This document shows positions 50,224 through 61,444 of a stretch of DNA of 64,000 bases, one piece after another. The position numbers and the translations under genes were made by a program. How positions within the stretch are numbered: position 1 is the first letter of the stretch; the number at the start of each line of letters is the position of its first letter. A model generated the notes under the pieces. That model had not been told where the DNA came from, did not search any database, and saw only the letters and a list, made by a program, of their open reading frames with translations. The stretch comes from Azolla caroliniana (Eukaryota > Plantae > Polypodiophyta): contig JBHGNT010000013.1 of NCBI GenBank assembly GCA_043228905.1, forward strand, positions 2,294,001-2,358,000, read 5' to 3'.

Positions 50224-52713
50224 TAGATAGATTATATTATCGTCTTCGGAGATCAAATATGACCTATGAGACCAAAAATATTACATTTCACATGATACGT
50301 GTGAAAGTGAGTAGTGACTCTCGATGTTCAAGAACTTTACCAATGAATGTTGCAATCGAGAGTGCACATTGTGGTTGTGAGAGGAATTCATGCAAAGATT
50401 GGGCTCGATCGAAGAGATGTGGAAAGCATGGTCGAATATGATCAAAGGCAGAGCATTGTATCAAAGTGTGATACTCAGACTCGCAAACTTGTTTAGGGCA
50501 AAGTGTGCATAACCGACCACTCTCATCACTTGTACCCCAACGCCCTGTTTCACATCGCAATGCATGTGAGCTAAGTCGCATGGAAGCAATGGTTCGAATG
50601 GCAGATAACGGTATGGGCTCTAACATGTATGGATGTGTACGATTTCCCCGTTCCGCAAAGAATATGGTTTTGTAGTTAGGTGCAACATGTGTAGTATAAT
50701 GTGTGAAGCGTGAGCCTCCACATTTGTCCCATGTCATGATACATTGGCGTTGCAAAAATGCCTCATTTACAGAGGAATCTAATGATGCATCATGAAGCAA
50801 GTGTCTCGCATCCCATCTACCAAACCATTTTTCTATATCTTGCATCCAACCGGAACACAAAATTTTGCTTTTATGCGTCTTTTGGATCTTTTTGCTTGCT
50901 TCCCACGCAATTCTAGGAAGTCGATGTGAGGGACTTTTTTGAACCTTAAGCATGTATTCAACAACCCTTTCCATGGCCATGATCTCAATGGGAAGCGATC
51001 CCGTCTCAAGGAGGAGGAGGGTGTAGGGCGTTTGTTTCTTAACTTGTAGAAACTTGGTAAGAAAATGCTTTTGGACATTTTCAAACTCTTTCCACATAGA
51101 CTTAGGGATGCTACCGCCCCATACTTCCACCCCATAGAGAAGAACTGGTGTCACCAAAGTGTCAAAAAGATATTTCTTGAGGACCCAACACTTAATATCT
51201 CCAAGATTGCATGTGTTCTCAAATGCATAGTATGCTCGTTTGCCCGCCTCTAAGCGGCGTGTAGCACATTCATTCCATCTATGATTTGAAGGAACTTCAA
51301 GGCCAAGATATTTGAAGCTTTCCACACATTCAAGTGGCTCATTGTTGTACATAATGCATGGTTTATCTCTTTTTTGGCTCTTCACAAGCATAATCTTTGT
51401 TTTAGAGCTATTGACACTTAATTTAGTATGCATGCAAAATTTTTCCAATGCCTTCATAAGCTTTTGTGCATCTCCTAAAGTATTTGCAAAAAGCACTACG
51501 TCATCTGCATATAGCAAAAGCATAATCACAACATTCCCAATGGCAACTTCTTCAACACATTCTTCCTTTGCAAACTTGGTAACCATTTCTTCCAATTCAT
51601 CAATGCATAGACCAAATAGTGTTGGTGAGAGTGGGCATCCTTGCTTAACACCAATAGTGCTTTTGAAAAAATCTGAAAGTTTATCTTTCATGCACACACA
51701 ACATATAACCTTCTCATAAATTCGGGAAATTGCAAGCATATATTCACTTGGCACCTCAAGTTCTTCCATTCGCCTCCAAAGATGCTCACGAGGTACCATA
51801 TCAAAAGCTTTCTTGAAGTCTACAAAGCAACAATATAAACCTTTACCTCTAAGGCGACTTTCCTCCATTAATACTCGAAGGGTGATAAGGTGATCAATGG
51901 TGCTATGGTGTTTCCGAAAGCCAGCTTGTCCATAAGCTCTCTTACCACTTTTTTCAGCCCATACACTTATCTTTGATTCCATTATACATCCAAATAGGTT
52001 TGCCATTAATGAGCCAACCATGATGGTTTGATAATTGTTTACATTATTTATATCTCCACCTTTATGTAAAGGTTTGATCCAATTTGTAGTCCAATCGTAC
52101 GGCATACCATGTTGCAATGCATCATTAAACATATCGCTTATCCATATATGTGCTTCCTTTCCCGTCCATTTGAGCATTTCAGCCTTTATACATTGAAGAT
52201 CGCTTGCCTTTCGAGAGGCCAATTTCTTAAGTCCTATGCATATATCTTCAATTGTAAAGAAGGAAGGCATATGTGAAAGAGAACCATAACACATCATCTT
52301 TCCGGCAAGAGATAACTCATATAAATTCTTACAATGCATAGACAAGTCGTGAAGAGTTAAGTCACCATAACTCTCAACACGTTTTCCCTTTAGATTTCCC
52401 CAAAATTTAGCACATGCATGTGCTTTCTCTTGCGTTTGGATAAATTGTTGAGTAACTTCCCATATTCTTCTCTTTCTTTGAATAAGCCTTTTATACTCAT
52501 GCTAATGCTTTTGGTAATTCTCTTTATCCTTAACTACATCCAAAATCATAAGGCACTTTCGAGCTTCACGACATTCTTTATCAAACCATTTTTTCCTAAG
52601 TTTCTTGGTGCATTTCCAAGATGTGCGGTTGGTCGAAAAACATTTGTTTGTACATGAGAGAATGACTTTCTTGAAAGCTTCCCATTTGCATTCTAGTGTG
52701 GCACCATGTGGTG
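50204..52713 (-). mobile_element. 5'-truncated non-LTR retrotransposon (RTE/RTEX-like LINE)
   Basis: 3' tail (TATC)n/(TC)n at about 50204-50233; candidate 15-bp TSD AGAAAGAGAGAGAGA at 50189-50203 and 52714-52728; sits in the leader of the family B element. Confidence 0.85.
50288..52345 (-). CDS. LINE reverse transcriptase with C-terminal zinc finger (endonuclease missing)
   Basis: QAGFR, FVDFKKAFD, GVKQGCPLSP, LLYADD, FKYLG; C-terminal RLSSHALRCETGRW...C-x2-C...EYH...C. Confidence 0.92.
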   Translation of the reverse strand: MSMHCKNLYELSLAGKMMCYGSLSHMPSFFTIEDICIGLKKLASRKASDLQCIKAEMLKWTGKEAHIWISDMFNDALQHGMPYDWTTNWIKPLHKGGDINNVNNYQTIMVGSLMANLFGCIMESKISVWAEKSGKRAYGQAGFRKHHSTIDHLITLRVLMEESRLRGKGLYCCFVDFKKAFDMVPREHLWRRMEELEVPSEYMLAISRIYEKVICCVCMKDKLSDFFKSTIGVKQGCPLSPTLFGLCIDELEEMVTKFAKEECVEEVAIGNVVIMLLLYADDVVLFANTLGDAQKLMKALEKFCMHTKLSVNSSKTKIMLVKSQKRDKPCIMYNNEPLECVESFKYLGLEVPSNHRWNECATRRLEAGKRAYYAFENTCNLGDIKCWVLKKYLFDTLVTPVLLYGVEVWGGSIPKSMWKEFENVQKHFLTKFLQVKKQTPYTLLLLETGSLPIEIMAMERVVEYMLKVQKSPSHRLPRIAWEASKKIQKTHKSKILCSGWMQDIEKWFGRWDARHLLHDASLDSSVNEAFLQRQCIMTWDKCGGSRFTHYTTHVAPNYKTIFFAERGNRTHPYMLEPIPLSAIRTIASMRLSSHALRCETGRWGTSDESGRLCTLCPKQVCESEYHTLIQCSAFDHIRPCFPHLFDRAQSLHEFLSQPQCALSIATFIGKVLEHRESLLTFTRIM

Positions 52714-54156
52714 AGAAAGAGAGAGAGAAAAAGAGAAGATATCCTGGTTCAGACTGTCAAGGAGTTAGCTTGACAAAAGAAGATTGAACAAGAGAGGAAA
52801 AGAAAGAGGGAACAATGGCTATATTTTTAATATAATAGGAAAATATATAAGAGCAAGAACTAGAATATTTGCCAAAGACTAGTGTTGAACCAGAATGGTT
52901 CTAACAATACAATATGTCCTATTTATATAGGAGTAGTATGTGCCCCTTGGATGTTTGTAGGGTCATGATACCCTTTGGGATGTTGTAGGGTCATGATACC
53001 CTTTGGGATATTGAGGGGTCGTTGACACCCTTTGGGATATTGAAGGGTCAAGGCACCCTTTGGATATTCATAGGGTTACATTATCAATATTATAATATAC
53101 CAAATTATGATATTTTTACATAAAATATATATAACCTGATGGCTAGAGTTGAGTGTTCCTCTTTAGGAGGTCACGGGTTCAAGTCATCCTAAACCTCATG
53201 GGGTTTCATTTACTCATGACATCTTGTATCCATTCTCATTCTAATTTAATACATTCATTCTTCTCTTATCATTTCATTCCTCTCTTCTGGTGATCTCTTT
53301 TTATCGTTCTTCAGTAGCTCCATCCTCTGTCTTGGTTCTGACACATAGAGCCTTTCCAAGAAGCCAACAATTTAGAGCCATTTCAATAAATGGCTCCTCC
53401 TTCACTATACAATCTCATTGTATTCAAATATTGGTGATGACAAAATTTCCTAAACCAACTCCAAGTTTCTTTGAAATCATTATCAGAAATATTCATTTCT
53501 ACAACCAATCATCGAGCCTTGTTTGTAGACTGTAATACCTGATGGAGGCAATGCAATTAACAATCGATGAGATGAATAAATTCAAGCATAAAAACATTCC
53601 TCTAATTTAGGGTATCTCTAATTTAAGCATAAAAATAGGTTCTAGGGGATCCTCTAAAACCTATTTTTACTATATTTTCAACTTTGTTGAGCACATATTC
53701 ATACCTCATCCTTCTTCTTTATCAAACTTCTAATGATTGATTAAATTATACCAAAACTTCTACCTTGTTGCGAAGACGAGATGATGGTTGTTCTATTAAC
53801 TCCAAAATTTGTAGGTTTTCTTCATAATTCAAATGAGGTCGAAGACCTCGCTTGTGGGTTGAATTCTGTCATAACTAGACTCGAACCCATAACCTTTTGT
53901 TACACGGGTCGAGACTTTACCATTAGGTTATGAGTTGTAATTTGAAGGATATTATTTTCATTTAGGTTTTATTAGGAAATTGATGTATATTCCAGATTTC
54001 TCTGGAACATTCTAGAAACTTCAGGAGTATTCCTGAAGACACTATAAAAGGAGGCGCAAGGCATTAGTTCGAACCAAATCGGTTCAACGCCAGTCTTAAG
54101 CCTTCTAACTACTGTTGTATATCTTCCGTCATATAATACATATATCTTTCGCATCA

Positions 54157-54206
<50 letters not shown>

Positions 54207-54429
54207 ACTCATTCCTTCTCTCAAAGTTCGACACCTCTCATAGTACTAATCCTTCTCTGTCTTAGTACTATTCCCCAACAATAGTACTAATCCTTCCTTT
54301 AGTACTAATTCCTTCTCTGCCTTAATAGAGTTCCTGACAGTTTGAACCGATTTTCCTCCTACTAGTCTCCCTCTTCCTTCTGTCTCTCTCCTTTCCTACT
54401 AGTCTCTTATTTCCCTTTTCCTTCATCCC

Positions 54430-55599
54430 ATGGCCACCGTTAGCGCTGAAGAGTATCAATCCGTTTTCTCGGAATTTCAATGCTTGAAAGAGAAGTTTCA
54501 TGCTTTGGAACAAGAAAATCAACGCTTGTTGGGGGATCTTCAGCAAATTTCCTTAGAAAAGCAGCAAACGCAACAACAGCATGGGGAACTTGCGTTACGC
54601 GTGCAACAACTCGAAGCAACCATCGTAGCAATGCAGCAACAAGGGCACGGAGCACAAGGGATTCATAAAGAACCCAAGATTGGCCTTCCCACGAAGTTCG
54701 ATGGAACGCGATCGCAGTTTAGAGGGTTTCTTAACCAGGTACGGTTAGTTATTCAAATGCATCCGTCCCGATATCCCACCGATGCATCACGAGTGGGTTT
54801 AGTAGGCACGTTGTTAACTGGCTCAGCATTAGCATGGTTCGCACCGCTACTAGAAAAGGAATCTCCAGTACTAAATAATTTTGAAGAATTCATAAGTGAG
54901 TTTAAAGCATGTTTTGGAGATACTGACAGCATAAGGACTGCAATCAACAAAATCCGGCGATTACGCCAAGGTGACCGTCCAGCCTCCGCATATGCTGCAG
55001 ATTTCCGCCTACTCGCCGCCGATATCCCCTGGGATGATCAAGCATTGATGGAGCAGTTCCGCTATGGTCTACGCAACGATGTCAAGGATTTACTCTTGAC
55101 TTTCCCTGAAGAGCCAAAATCATTAACAGAAGCAATCAGTCGAGCGGTCAGATGTGACAACCGCCTCTTCGAGCGACGTTCGGAACGACAATTTCAGATG
55201 CCGAGGGCAAGATCCGAGCCTACCTATGCCTCAATGGTAGCGAAACCTTTTCAAAGGGAGTCACATAATGCGCCTCCAGTAAGTACTCCAACTCCAATGG
55301 AAATTGACACTACACGTCGTCGTGGGCCGCTATCGGAGGAGGAAAAGCAACGACGCCGAACAAACCGATTATGCCTTTATTGCGGTGGACCAGGGCATAT
55401 CGCGATAAACTGTCCCCATAGACCAAGAAGGCAGGTAAACCAAGTCATTGTTAGTTCTGACTATACTAAACCCGAGTCTATGTCAGTAGGAATCTCTGAT
55501 AATCCTCATAGTCATAATAGTCCTAATAGTACTAATAGTCCGAATCTCGCAAACAAATTTGATGTCCTTAGCCAATTAGAAGAAGAGTTAAACGACTAA
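54430..55599 (+). CDS. gag: Gag (coiled coil, capsid, CCHC knuckle)
   Basis: 389-aa ORF with PTKFDG...LRQG...PMEID...CLYCGGPGHIAINC. Confidence 0.95.
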   Translation: MATVSAEEYQSVFSEFQCLKEKFHALEQENQRLLGDLQQISLEKQQTQQQHGELALRVQQLEATIVAMQQQGHGAQGIHKEPKIGLPTKFDGTRSQFRGFLNQVRLVIQMHPSRYPTDASRVGLVGTLLTGSALAWFAPLLEKESPVLNNFEEFISEFKACFGDTDSIRTAINKIRRLRQGDRPASAYAADFRLLAADIPWDDQALMEQFRYGLRNDVKDLLLTFPEEPKSLTEAISRAVRCDNRLFERRSERQFQMPRARSEPTYASMVAKPFQRESHNAPPVSTPTPMEIDTTRRRGPLSEEEKQRRRTNRLCLYCGGPGHIAINCPHRPRRQVNQVIVSSDYTKPESMSVGISDNPHSHNSPNSTNSPNLANKFDVLSQLEEELND

Positions 55600-58500
55600 G
55601 TCCAGCCAAAATAGGAGCCGTTTGGTTGGACAGCCCTAGATCTGTGCAGCCCATTAGTGGTTCCATTCCCTCTAAGCAAGTTAGTGATGTGTTCGTAGTC
55701 CAAGTAGCAGTTAGTACTAAAAGTACCCCTCCAGTACATACCTTAGCCCTTCTAGATTCCGGAGCTAATTCTTGCTTCATGGATAGGAATTTTGCCCGAG
55801 CTCATCAGATATCTCTAAGAAAGCTCCCATGTCCAGCCTCAGTAGTAGTCATTGATGGTCGTCCCATTGCTTCTGGTAATATCATAGAAGAGTCGGAACC
55901 CGTTAATATTGTCCTAGATAACTTAACATGTGTAGTATCATTTAATATTATTAGTATTCCAGAACATCCCATAGTTTTAGGATTACCATGGTTCGAGTTA
56001 CATGACCCAGACATAGATTGGAGGACAAGGGAAATCCGGTTGCGACAAACCCAAGGATCTACCCAGAAGGTTGCAACCATTTCGCTACGTCAGTTGCGTG
56101 AGGAAGGGCGCAAGGAGGAAATGTTTCTCTTTGCAATATCAGTACAACCCTCCAGCACCACCAAAGAGGAGTCCACCGTTCAACTTCCCGAGAAGTATCG
56201 TCAGTATGCTGATGTGTTCGATAAAGTACAAGCCAACACACTTCCTCATCATCGGCCGTACGACTGCGCCATCGACTTACAACCGGGAAAAGAGCCGCCA
56301 TGGGGGCCGATCTACAATTTGTCACCAACCGAGCTAGAAGTCCTTCGAGCCTATATAGAGGAGAATTTGGAGAACGGTTTCATTCGGCATTCGAAATCTC
56401 CAGCCGGCGCACCCATTTTCTTCGTCAAGAAAAAAGATGGCTCGCTTCGACTCGTTGTAGATTACCGTGGCTTGAATAAGGTCACAGTAAGAAATAGGTA
56501 TGCTCTTCCCCTTATCTCAAGTCTTTTAGAACGGATCAACGGTGCCAGGTTCTTCACGAAGATCGACTTACGAGGAGCCTATAACCTCGTACGGATCCGA
56601 CCAGGAGATGAATGGAAGACCGCGTTTCGCACCAGATATGGGCACTTCGAGTATACGGTCATGCCGTTCGGACTCACTAATGCGCCGGCAGTCTTCCAGC
56701 ACATGGCGAATGATATATTTCGAGACCTCTTGGATGATTTTTTGATCATCTATTTGGATGATCTACTGGTTTATTCAAAGACCCAAGAAGAACATGATTC
56801 TCATGTACTATTAGTACTAAAACGACTTCGAGAACATGGTCTGTATGCAAAGTTAGAGAAATGTAGTTTCGGGTGCAACCAAGTGGAGTTTCTCGGCTAT
56901 GTCATCTCCTCAGAAGGCATATCTATGGACCCATCCAAGGTCAAAACGGTGATAGAATGGCACACTCCGCGTTCGGTGCGGGATGTGCAATGCTTCCTAG
57001 GCTTTGCAAATTTCTACCGGAAGTTCATACAAAATTACTCAAAAATTGTGCTGCCTCTCACACAGCTCACCAGGAAGGGACAATCATTCATTTGGTCTAA
57101 AGAGACGGACATGGCTTTCGAGAGTCTTAAGAAGGCGTTTACATCAGCTCCAATTTTAGGTCATGTGGATCCGGAAAAACCATTCATTATCGAAGCTGAT
57201 GCATCGGATTTCGCATTGGGGAGCATTCTGTCACAACAGGGTAACGACGAGAAGCTACATCCTGTGGCTTTCCACTCCCGTAAGTTTGACGCCGCCGAAA
57301 TCAACTACGAAATTCATGATAAAGAGCTATTAGCAATAGTTGATTCTTTTATGCAATGGAGGCATTTCCTGGAGGGATCTCCTCATCAAGTCACTGTATT
57401 CAGTGACCACAAGAACCTTGCCTACTTTCAAGATGCTCGTGTACTGAATCGACGTCAAGCTCGGTGGGCCCATTTCCTCACACGCTTCGACTTCAAAATT
57501 ACATATCGTCCGGGGAAGCACCAAGGGAAGGCAGATGCATTATCACGGCGTTCGTATCTAACACCACGTCCCGGTGAGCCAGCTTTCGATAACCAGAAGC
57601 AAGTAATCTTGGGTCCAGCACGACTGCAAGCAGCACAGATCTTTGACATGCCCGTGGATTCCGACATTACCAATACTATACGTGAGGACTTGAAGACTGA
57701 CGCTTTCGCCCAAGCTATACTAGCACAAATTGACCCCTCTCGAGCGTCATGTTCACAATCACAATCACCAGGTACGGATTATCGGCAATTCAAATACTGT
57801 GATGGATTACTCTTCTTTAAAGAACTTTTGTATGTTCCTAATGGTTCTTGCCGCCTTCGAGTAGTACAAAACTGCCATGACACATATACAGCAAGACATT
57901 TTGGTAGTACTAAAACATTAGATTTAGTACAACGATCATTCTGGTGGCCCCGTATGCGACAATTTGTCGAAGATTTTGTTCGGACTTGCGATACATGCTG
58001 CAGAGCGAAAATGCCAAGACATCATCCATATGGTTTATTAGAACCATTACCAATTCCAAGCAAGCCATGGCAATCCATTGCTCTTGACTTCATTACAGAT
58101 CTTCCAGTCTCTAAGGGATTCAGTGCGATTCTCACAGTGGTGGATCGATATACGAAGATGGCTCATTTCTTACCATGTACTAAAGAAATATCTAGTGAAG
58201 ACACCGCCGAAATTGTCATGCGGGAAGTATGTCGGCATCATGGACTCCCTGATAATATCATCAGCGATCGTGGACCCCAGTTTGTGTCAAAATTCTGGAA
58301 GCACCTTTTTAAAATGCTGAAGGTCACTTGTAACCTCTCCTCCGGCTACCACCCACAAACCGACGGTCAAGCCGAACGAACAAATCAAACACTGGAGCAG
58401 TATCTGCGGTGCTTTCTCAACTATCATCAGAATGACTGGGCAGATATTCTTCCGTTCGCTGAATTTGCCTATAATAACGCTATCCACGCATCGACTAAAG

Positions 58501-59183
58501 TCACGCCATTCTACGCTTATACGGGATATCATCCCCGGTGGTGTGTCCTTGAAACCCCAGAAGTGTCCACAAATCCTTACGCGGAGGATCGTTTGGAGCG
58601 GTTACGCAAGATACAAGCGGATTTATCTACTCAACTCCAGCAAGCTCAACAATCACACAAGGACTACGCAGATCGTCATCGACTTCCATCCAGTTTTAAC
58701 ATTGGAGATCGGGTGTGGCTGCTACGACGACACATCAAGACTACTCGCCCATGTGAGAAGTTGGATTATCGACGATTAGGTCCTTTCCGTATTATCGGGA
58801 AGATTAATGATGTCGCTTTTCGTCTCGAGCTACCTCCGCAACTTCGGATACACCCGGTGTTTCATAGTTCTCTCCTCGAACCCTATCACGAGAGCACTAT
58901 CCCAGGACGTACTATACAACCTCCACCTCCTATCGAGCTCGAAGATGGACCTGAGTATGAGGTCGCTGCCATCCTCGATTCCAAGATTGTTCGCAACAAG
59001 CTCTACTATCTAGTCGATTGGCTAGGATATAGTCCCAGCGAGCGTACTTGGGAACCGATCGAGAATGTGACCAATGCTCGTGCTCTTCTAGAAGACTTCC
59101 ATCGACGATATCCCGAGAAACCGGGTCCTCAATCCAAAACGACTCGTGAAACTCGTCGTTTTAAAGGGGGGATAGTGTCATAA
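55590..59183 (+). CDS. pol: Pol (PR-RT-RNaseH-INT-chromodomain) in the -1 frame relative to gag
   Basis: Uninterrupted frame: LLDSGA, YLDDLL, EADASD, H..H/C..C, SDRG, GQAE, and chromodomain EYEVAAILD...YLVDWLGY...TWEP. Confidence 0.95.
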   Translation, partial: KRLSPAKIGAVWLDSPRSVQPISGSIPSKQVSDVFVVQVAVSTKSTPPVHTLALLDSGANSCFMDRNFARAHQISLRKLPCPASVVVIDGRPIASGNIIEESEPVNIVLDNLTCVVSFNIISIPEHPIVLGLPWFELHDPDIDWRTREIRLRQTQGSTQKVATISLRQLREEGRKEEMFLFAISVQPSSTTKEESTVQLPEKYRQYADVFDKVQANTLPHHRPYDCAIDLQPGKEPPWGPIYNLSPTELEVLRAYIEENLENGFIRHSKSPAGAPIFFVKKKDGSLRLVVDYRGLNKVTVRNRYALPLISSLLERINGARFFTKIDLRGAYNLVRIRPGDEWKTAFRTRYGHFEYTVMPFGLTNAPAVFQHMANDIFRDLLDDFLIIYLDDLLVYSKTQEEHDSHVLLVLKRLREHGLYAKLEKCSFGCNQVEFLGYVISSEGISMDPSKVKTVIEWHTPRSVRDVQCFLGFANFYRKFIQNYSKIVLPLTQLTRKGQSFIWSKETDMAFESLKKAFTSAPILGHVDPEKPFIIEADASDFALGSILSQQGNDEKLHPVAFHSRKFDAAEINYEIHDKELLAIVDSFMQWRHFLEGSPHQVTVFSDHKNLAYFQDARVLNRRQARWAHFLTRFDFKITYRPGKHQGKADALSRRSYLTPRPGEPAFDNQKQVILGPARLQAAQIFDMPVDSDITNTIREDLKTDAFAQAILAQIDPSRASCSQSQSPGTDYRQFKYCDGLLFFKELLYVPNGSCRLRVVQNCHDTYTARHFGSTKTLDLVQRSFWWPRMRQFVEDFVRTCDTCCRAKMPRHHPYGLLEPLPIPSKPWQSIALDFITDLPVSKGFSAILTVVDRYTKMAHFLPCTKEISSEDTAEIVMREVCRHHGLPDNIISDRGPQFVSKFWKHLFKMLKVTCNLSSGYHPQTDGQAERTNQTLEQYLRCFLNYHQNDWADILPFAEFAYNNAIHASTKVTPFYAYTGYHPRWCVLETPEVSTNPYAEDRLERLRKIQADLSTQLQQAQQSHKDYADRHRLPSSFNIGDRVWLLRRHIKTTRPCEKLDYRRLGPFRIIGKINDVAFRLELPPQLRIHPVFHSSLLEPYHESTIPGRTIQPPPPIELEDGPEYEVAAILDSKIVRNKLYYLVDWLGYSPSERTWEPIENVTNARALLEDFHRRYPEKPGPQSKTTRETRRFKGGIVS

Positions 59184-59465
59184 CTAGACTCGAACCCATA
59201 ACCTTTTGTTACACGGGTCGAGACTTTACCATTAGGTTATGAGTTGTAATTTGAAGGATATTATTTTCATTTAGGTTTTATTAGGAAATTGATGTATATT
59301 CCAGATTTCTCTGGAACATTCTAGAAACTTCAGGAGTATTCCTGAAGACACTATAAAAGGAGGCGCAAGGCATTAGTTCGAACCAAATCGGTTCAACGCC
59401 AGTCTTAAGCCTTCTAACTACTGTTGTATATCTTCCGTCATATAATACATATATCTTTCGCATCA

Positions 59466-59519
<54 letters not shown>

Positions 59520-59657
59520 ACTCATTCCTTCTCTCAAAGTTCGACACCTCTCATAGTACTAATCCTTCTCTGTCTTAGTACTATTCCCCAACAATAGTAC
59601 TAATCCTTCCTTTAGTACTAATTCCTTCTCTGCCTTAATAGAGTTCCTGACAAATTC

Positions 59658-61444
59658 ATCTTTGTAATGTTAATTAACTGATTTTAGATTGACTTAATTA
59701 GGAGGAAGGTTTTGACATGATTAAAACTTCAAATTCCATCAGAAAACACCAATTTAAGGAAGAAAAAGAAGGAGAAGGAGAAGGAGAAAGATGGAAAGAG
59801 GAGGAAGAAGACAATGGTCACCACCACCACCATAATGGACTGAGCGCATATTGGAAGAGAAGAAGCAAACGAAAGAATGAAAGAAGAAGAAAGCAGAACC
59901 ACGAAAACAAAGAGGAGAGAAAGAAGAAGAACGAAAGGAACAAGAGCTACGGTGTAATGGGTAATGTGTGTAATGTGTAACATGAAATGTTAATGTTTGA
60001 GTGTGAGGAAGAGTGTGTACACATGCACATTTGGCTATTTGTGTGCATGTGTACAAATGTGAGAGACAAGGGTAAGTAGATGTAACTACCCCCATTTGGC
60101 TTTTTGTACTATATATAAACCCCCACCCATGGGGCATGAAAAGGAAAAATATAGTGAAGTTACCCCTGAACTTGTGCTTGTCTCGATTTTGCCTCTCATT
60201 CTCTATGTGTATCTCTTTCTCTCTCTCTATCCTCTCACATTCGAACCCATCAACAATATTCCTCCAACCATAGCGATAAAGTTCAAAGTTTGAGGACTCC
60301 CGTGGTTTTTCCCTTTCCGTGTTTTACACGTTAAATCTTGGCTAAACCAACTCCAAGTTTCTTTGAAATCATTATCAGAAATATTCATTTCTACAACCAA
60401 TCATCGAGCCTTGTTTGTAGACTGTAATACCTGATGGAGGCAATGCAATTAACAATCGATGAGATGAATAAATTCAAGCATAAAAACATTCCTCTAATTT
60501 AGGGTATCTCTAATTTAAGCATAAAAATAGGTTCTAGGGGATCCTCTAAAACCTATTTTTACTATATTTTCAACTTTGTTGAGCACATATTCATACCTCA
60601 TCCTTCTTCTTTATCAAACTTCTAATGATTGATTAAATTATACCAAAACTTCTACCTTGTTGCGAAGACGAGATGATGGTTGTTCTATTAACTCCAAAAT
60701 TTGTAGGTTTTCTTCATAATTCAAATGAGGTCGAAGACCTCGCTTGTGGGTTGAATTCATCTTTGTAATGTTAATTAACTGATTTTAGATTGACTTAATT
60801 AGGAGGAAGGTTTTGACATGATTAAAACTTCAAATTCCATCAGAAAACACCAATTTAAGGAAGAAAAAGAAGGAGAAGGAGAAGGAGAAAGATGGAAAGA
60901 GGAGGAAGAAGACAATGGTCACCACCACCACCATAATGGACTGAGCGCATATTGGAAGAGAAGAAGCAAACGAAAGAATGAAAGAAGAAGAAAGCAGAAC
61001 CACGAAAACAAAGAGGAGAGAAAGAAGAAGAACGAAAGGAACAAGAGCTACGGTGTAATGGGTAATGTGTGTAATGTGTAACATGAAATGTTAATGTTTG
61101 AGTGTGAGGAAGAGTGTGTACACATGCACATTTGGCTATTTGTGTGCATGTGTACAAATGTGAGAGACAAGGGTAAGTAGATGTAACTACCCCCATTTGG
61201 CTTTTTGTACTATATATAAACCCCCACCCATGGGGCATGAAAAGGAAAAATATAGTGAAGTTACCCCTGAACTTGTGCTTGTCTCGATTTTGCCTCTCAT
61301 TCTCTATGTGTATCTCTTTCTCTCTCTCTATCCTCTCACATTCGAACCCATCAACAATATTCCTCCAACCATAGCGATAAAGTTCAAAGTTTGAGGACTC
61401 CCGTGGTTTTTCCCTTTCCGTGTTTTACACATTAAATCTTGGCT
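59658..61444 (+). repeat. 1.1-kb tandem duplication (copy 1: about 53450-53866 plus 59658-60343; copy 2: about 60344-61444)
   Basis: Identical ORF-track entries offset by 1101 bp (59717/60818, 60096/61197). Confidence 0.93.

Larger units (their letters stand above)
36904..53221 (-). mobile_element. Full-length but decayed chromovirus family B hosting the DNA transposon and the LINE; itself inserted in a family C LTR
   Basis: LTRs at 52755-53221 and 36904-37391 with TG...CA ends; TSD TCTTG at 36899-36903 and 53222-53226; PPT at 37392-37406. gag about 50170-49033; pol about 49000-47385 and 39310-37387 ending in a chromodomain. Confidence 0.92.
53867..59652 (+). mobile_element. Apparently intact Tcn1-like chromovirus (family A)
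   Basis: LTRs at 53867-54339 and 59176-59652 differ visibly only in (CT)n length. TSD AATTC at 53862-53866 and 59653-59657; PPT AAAGGGGGGATAG; empty site at about 60754. Confidence 0.97.

Noticed and set aside
59717-60137. Charged, His-rich 87-aa ORF and overlapping antisense ORFs (duplicated at 60818)
   Set aside because: Low-complexity purine-rich sequence with no recognisable domain.
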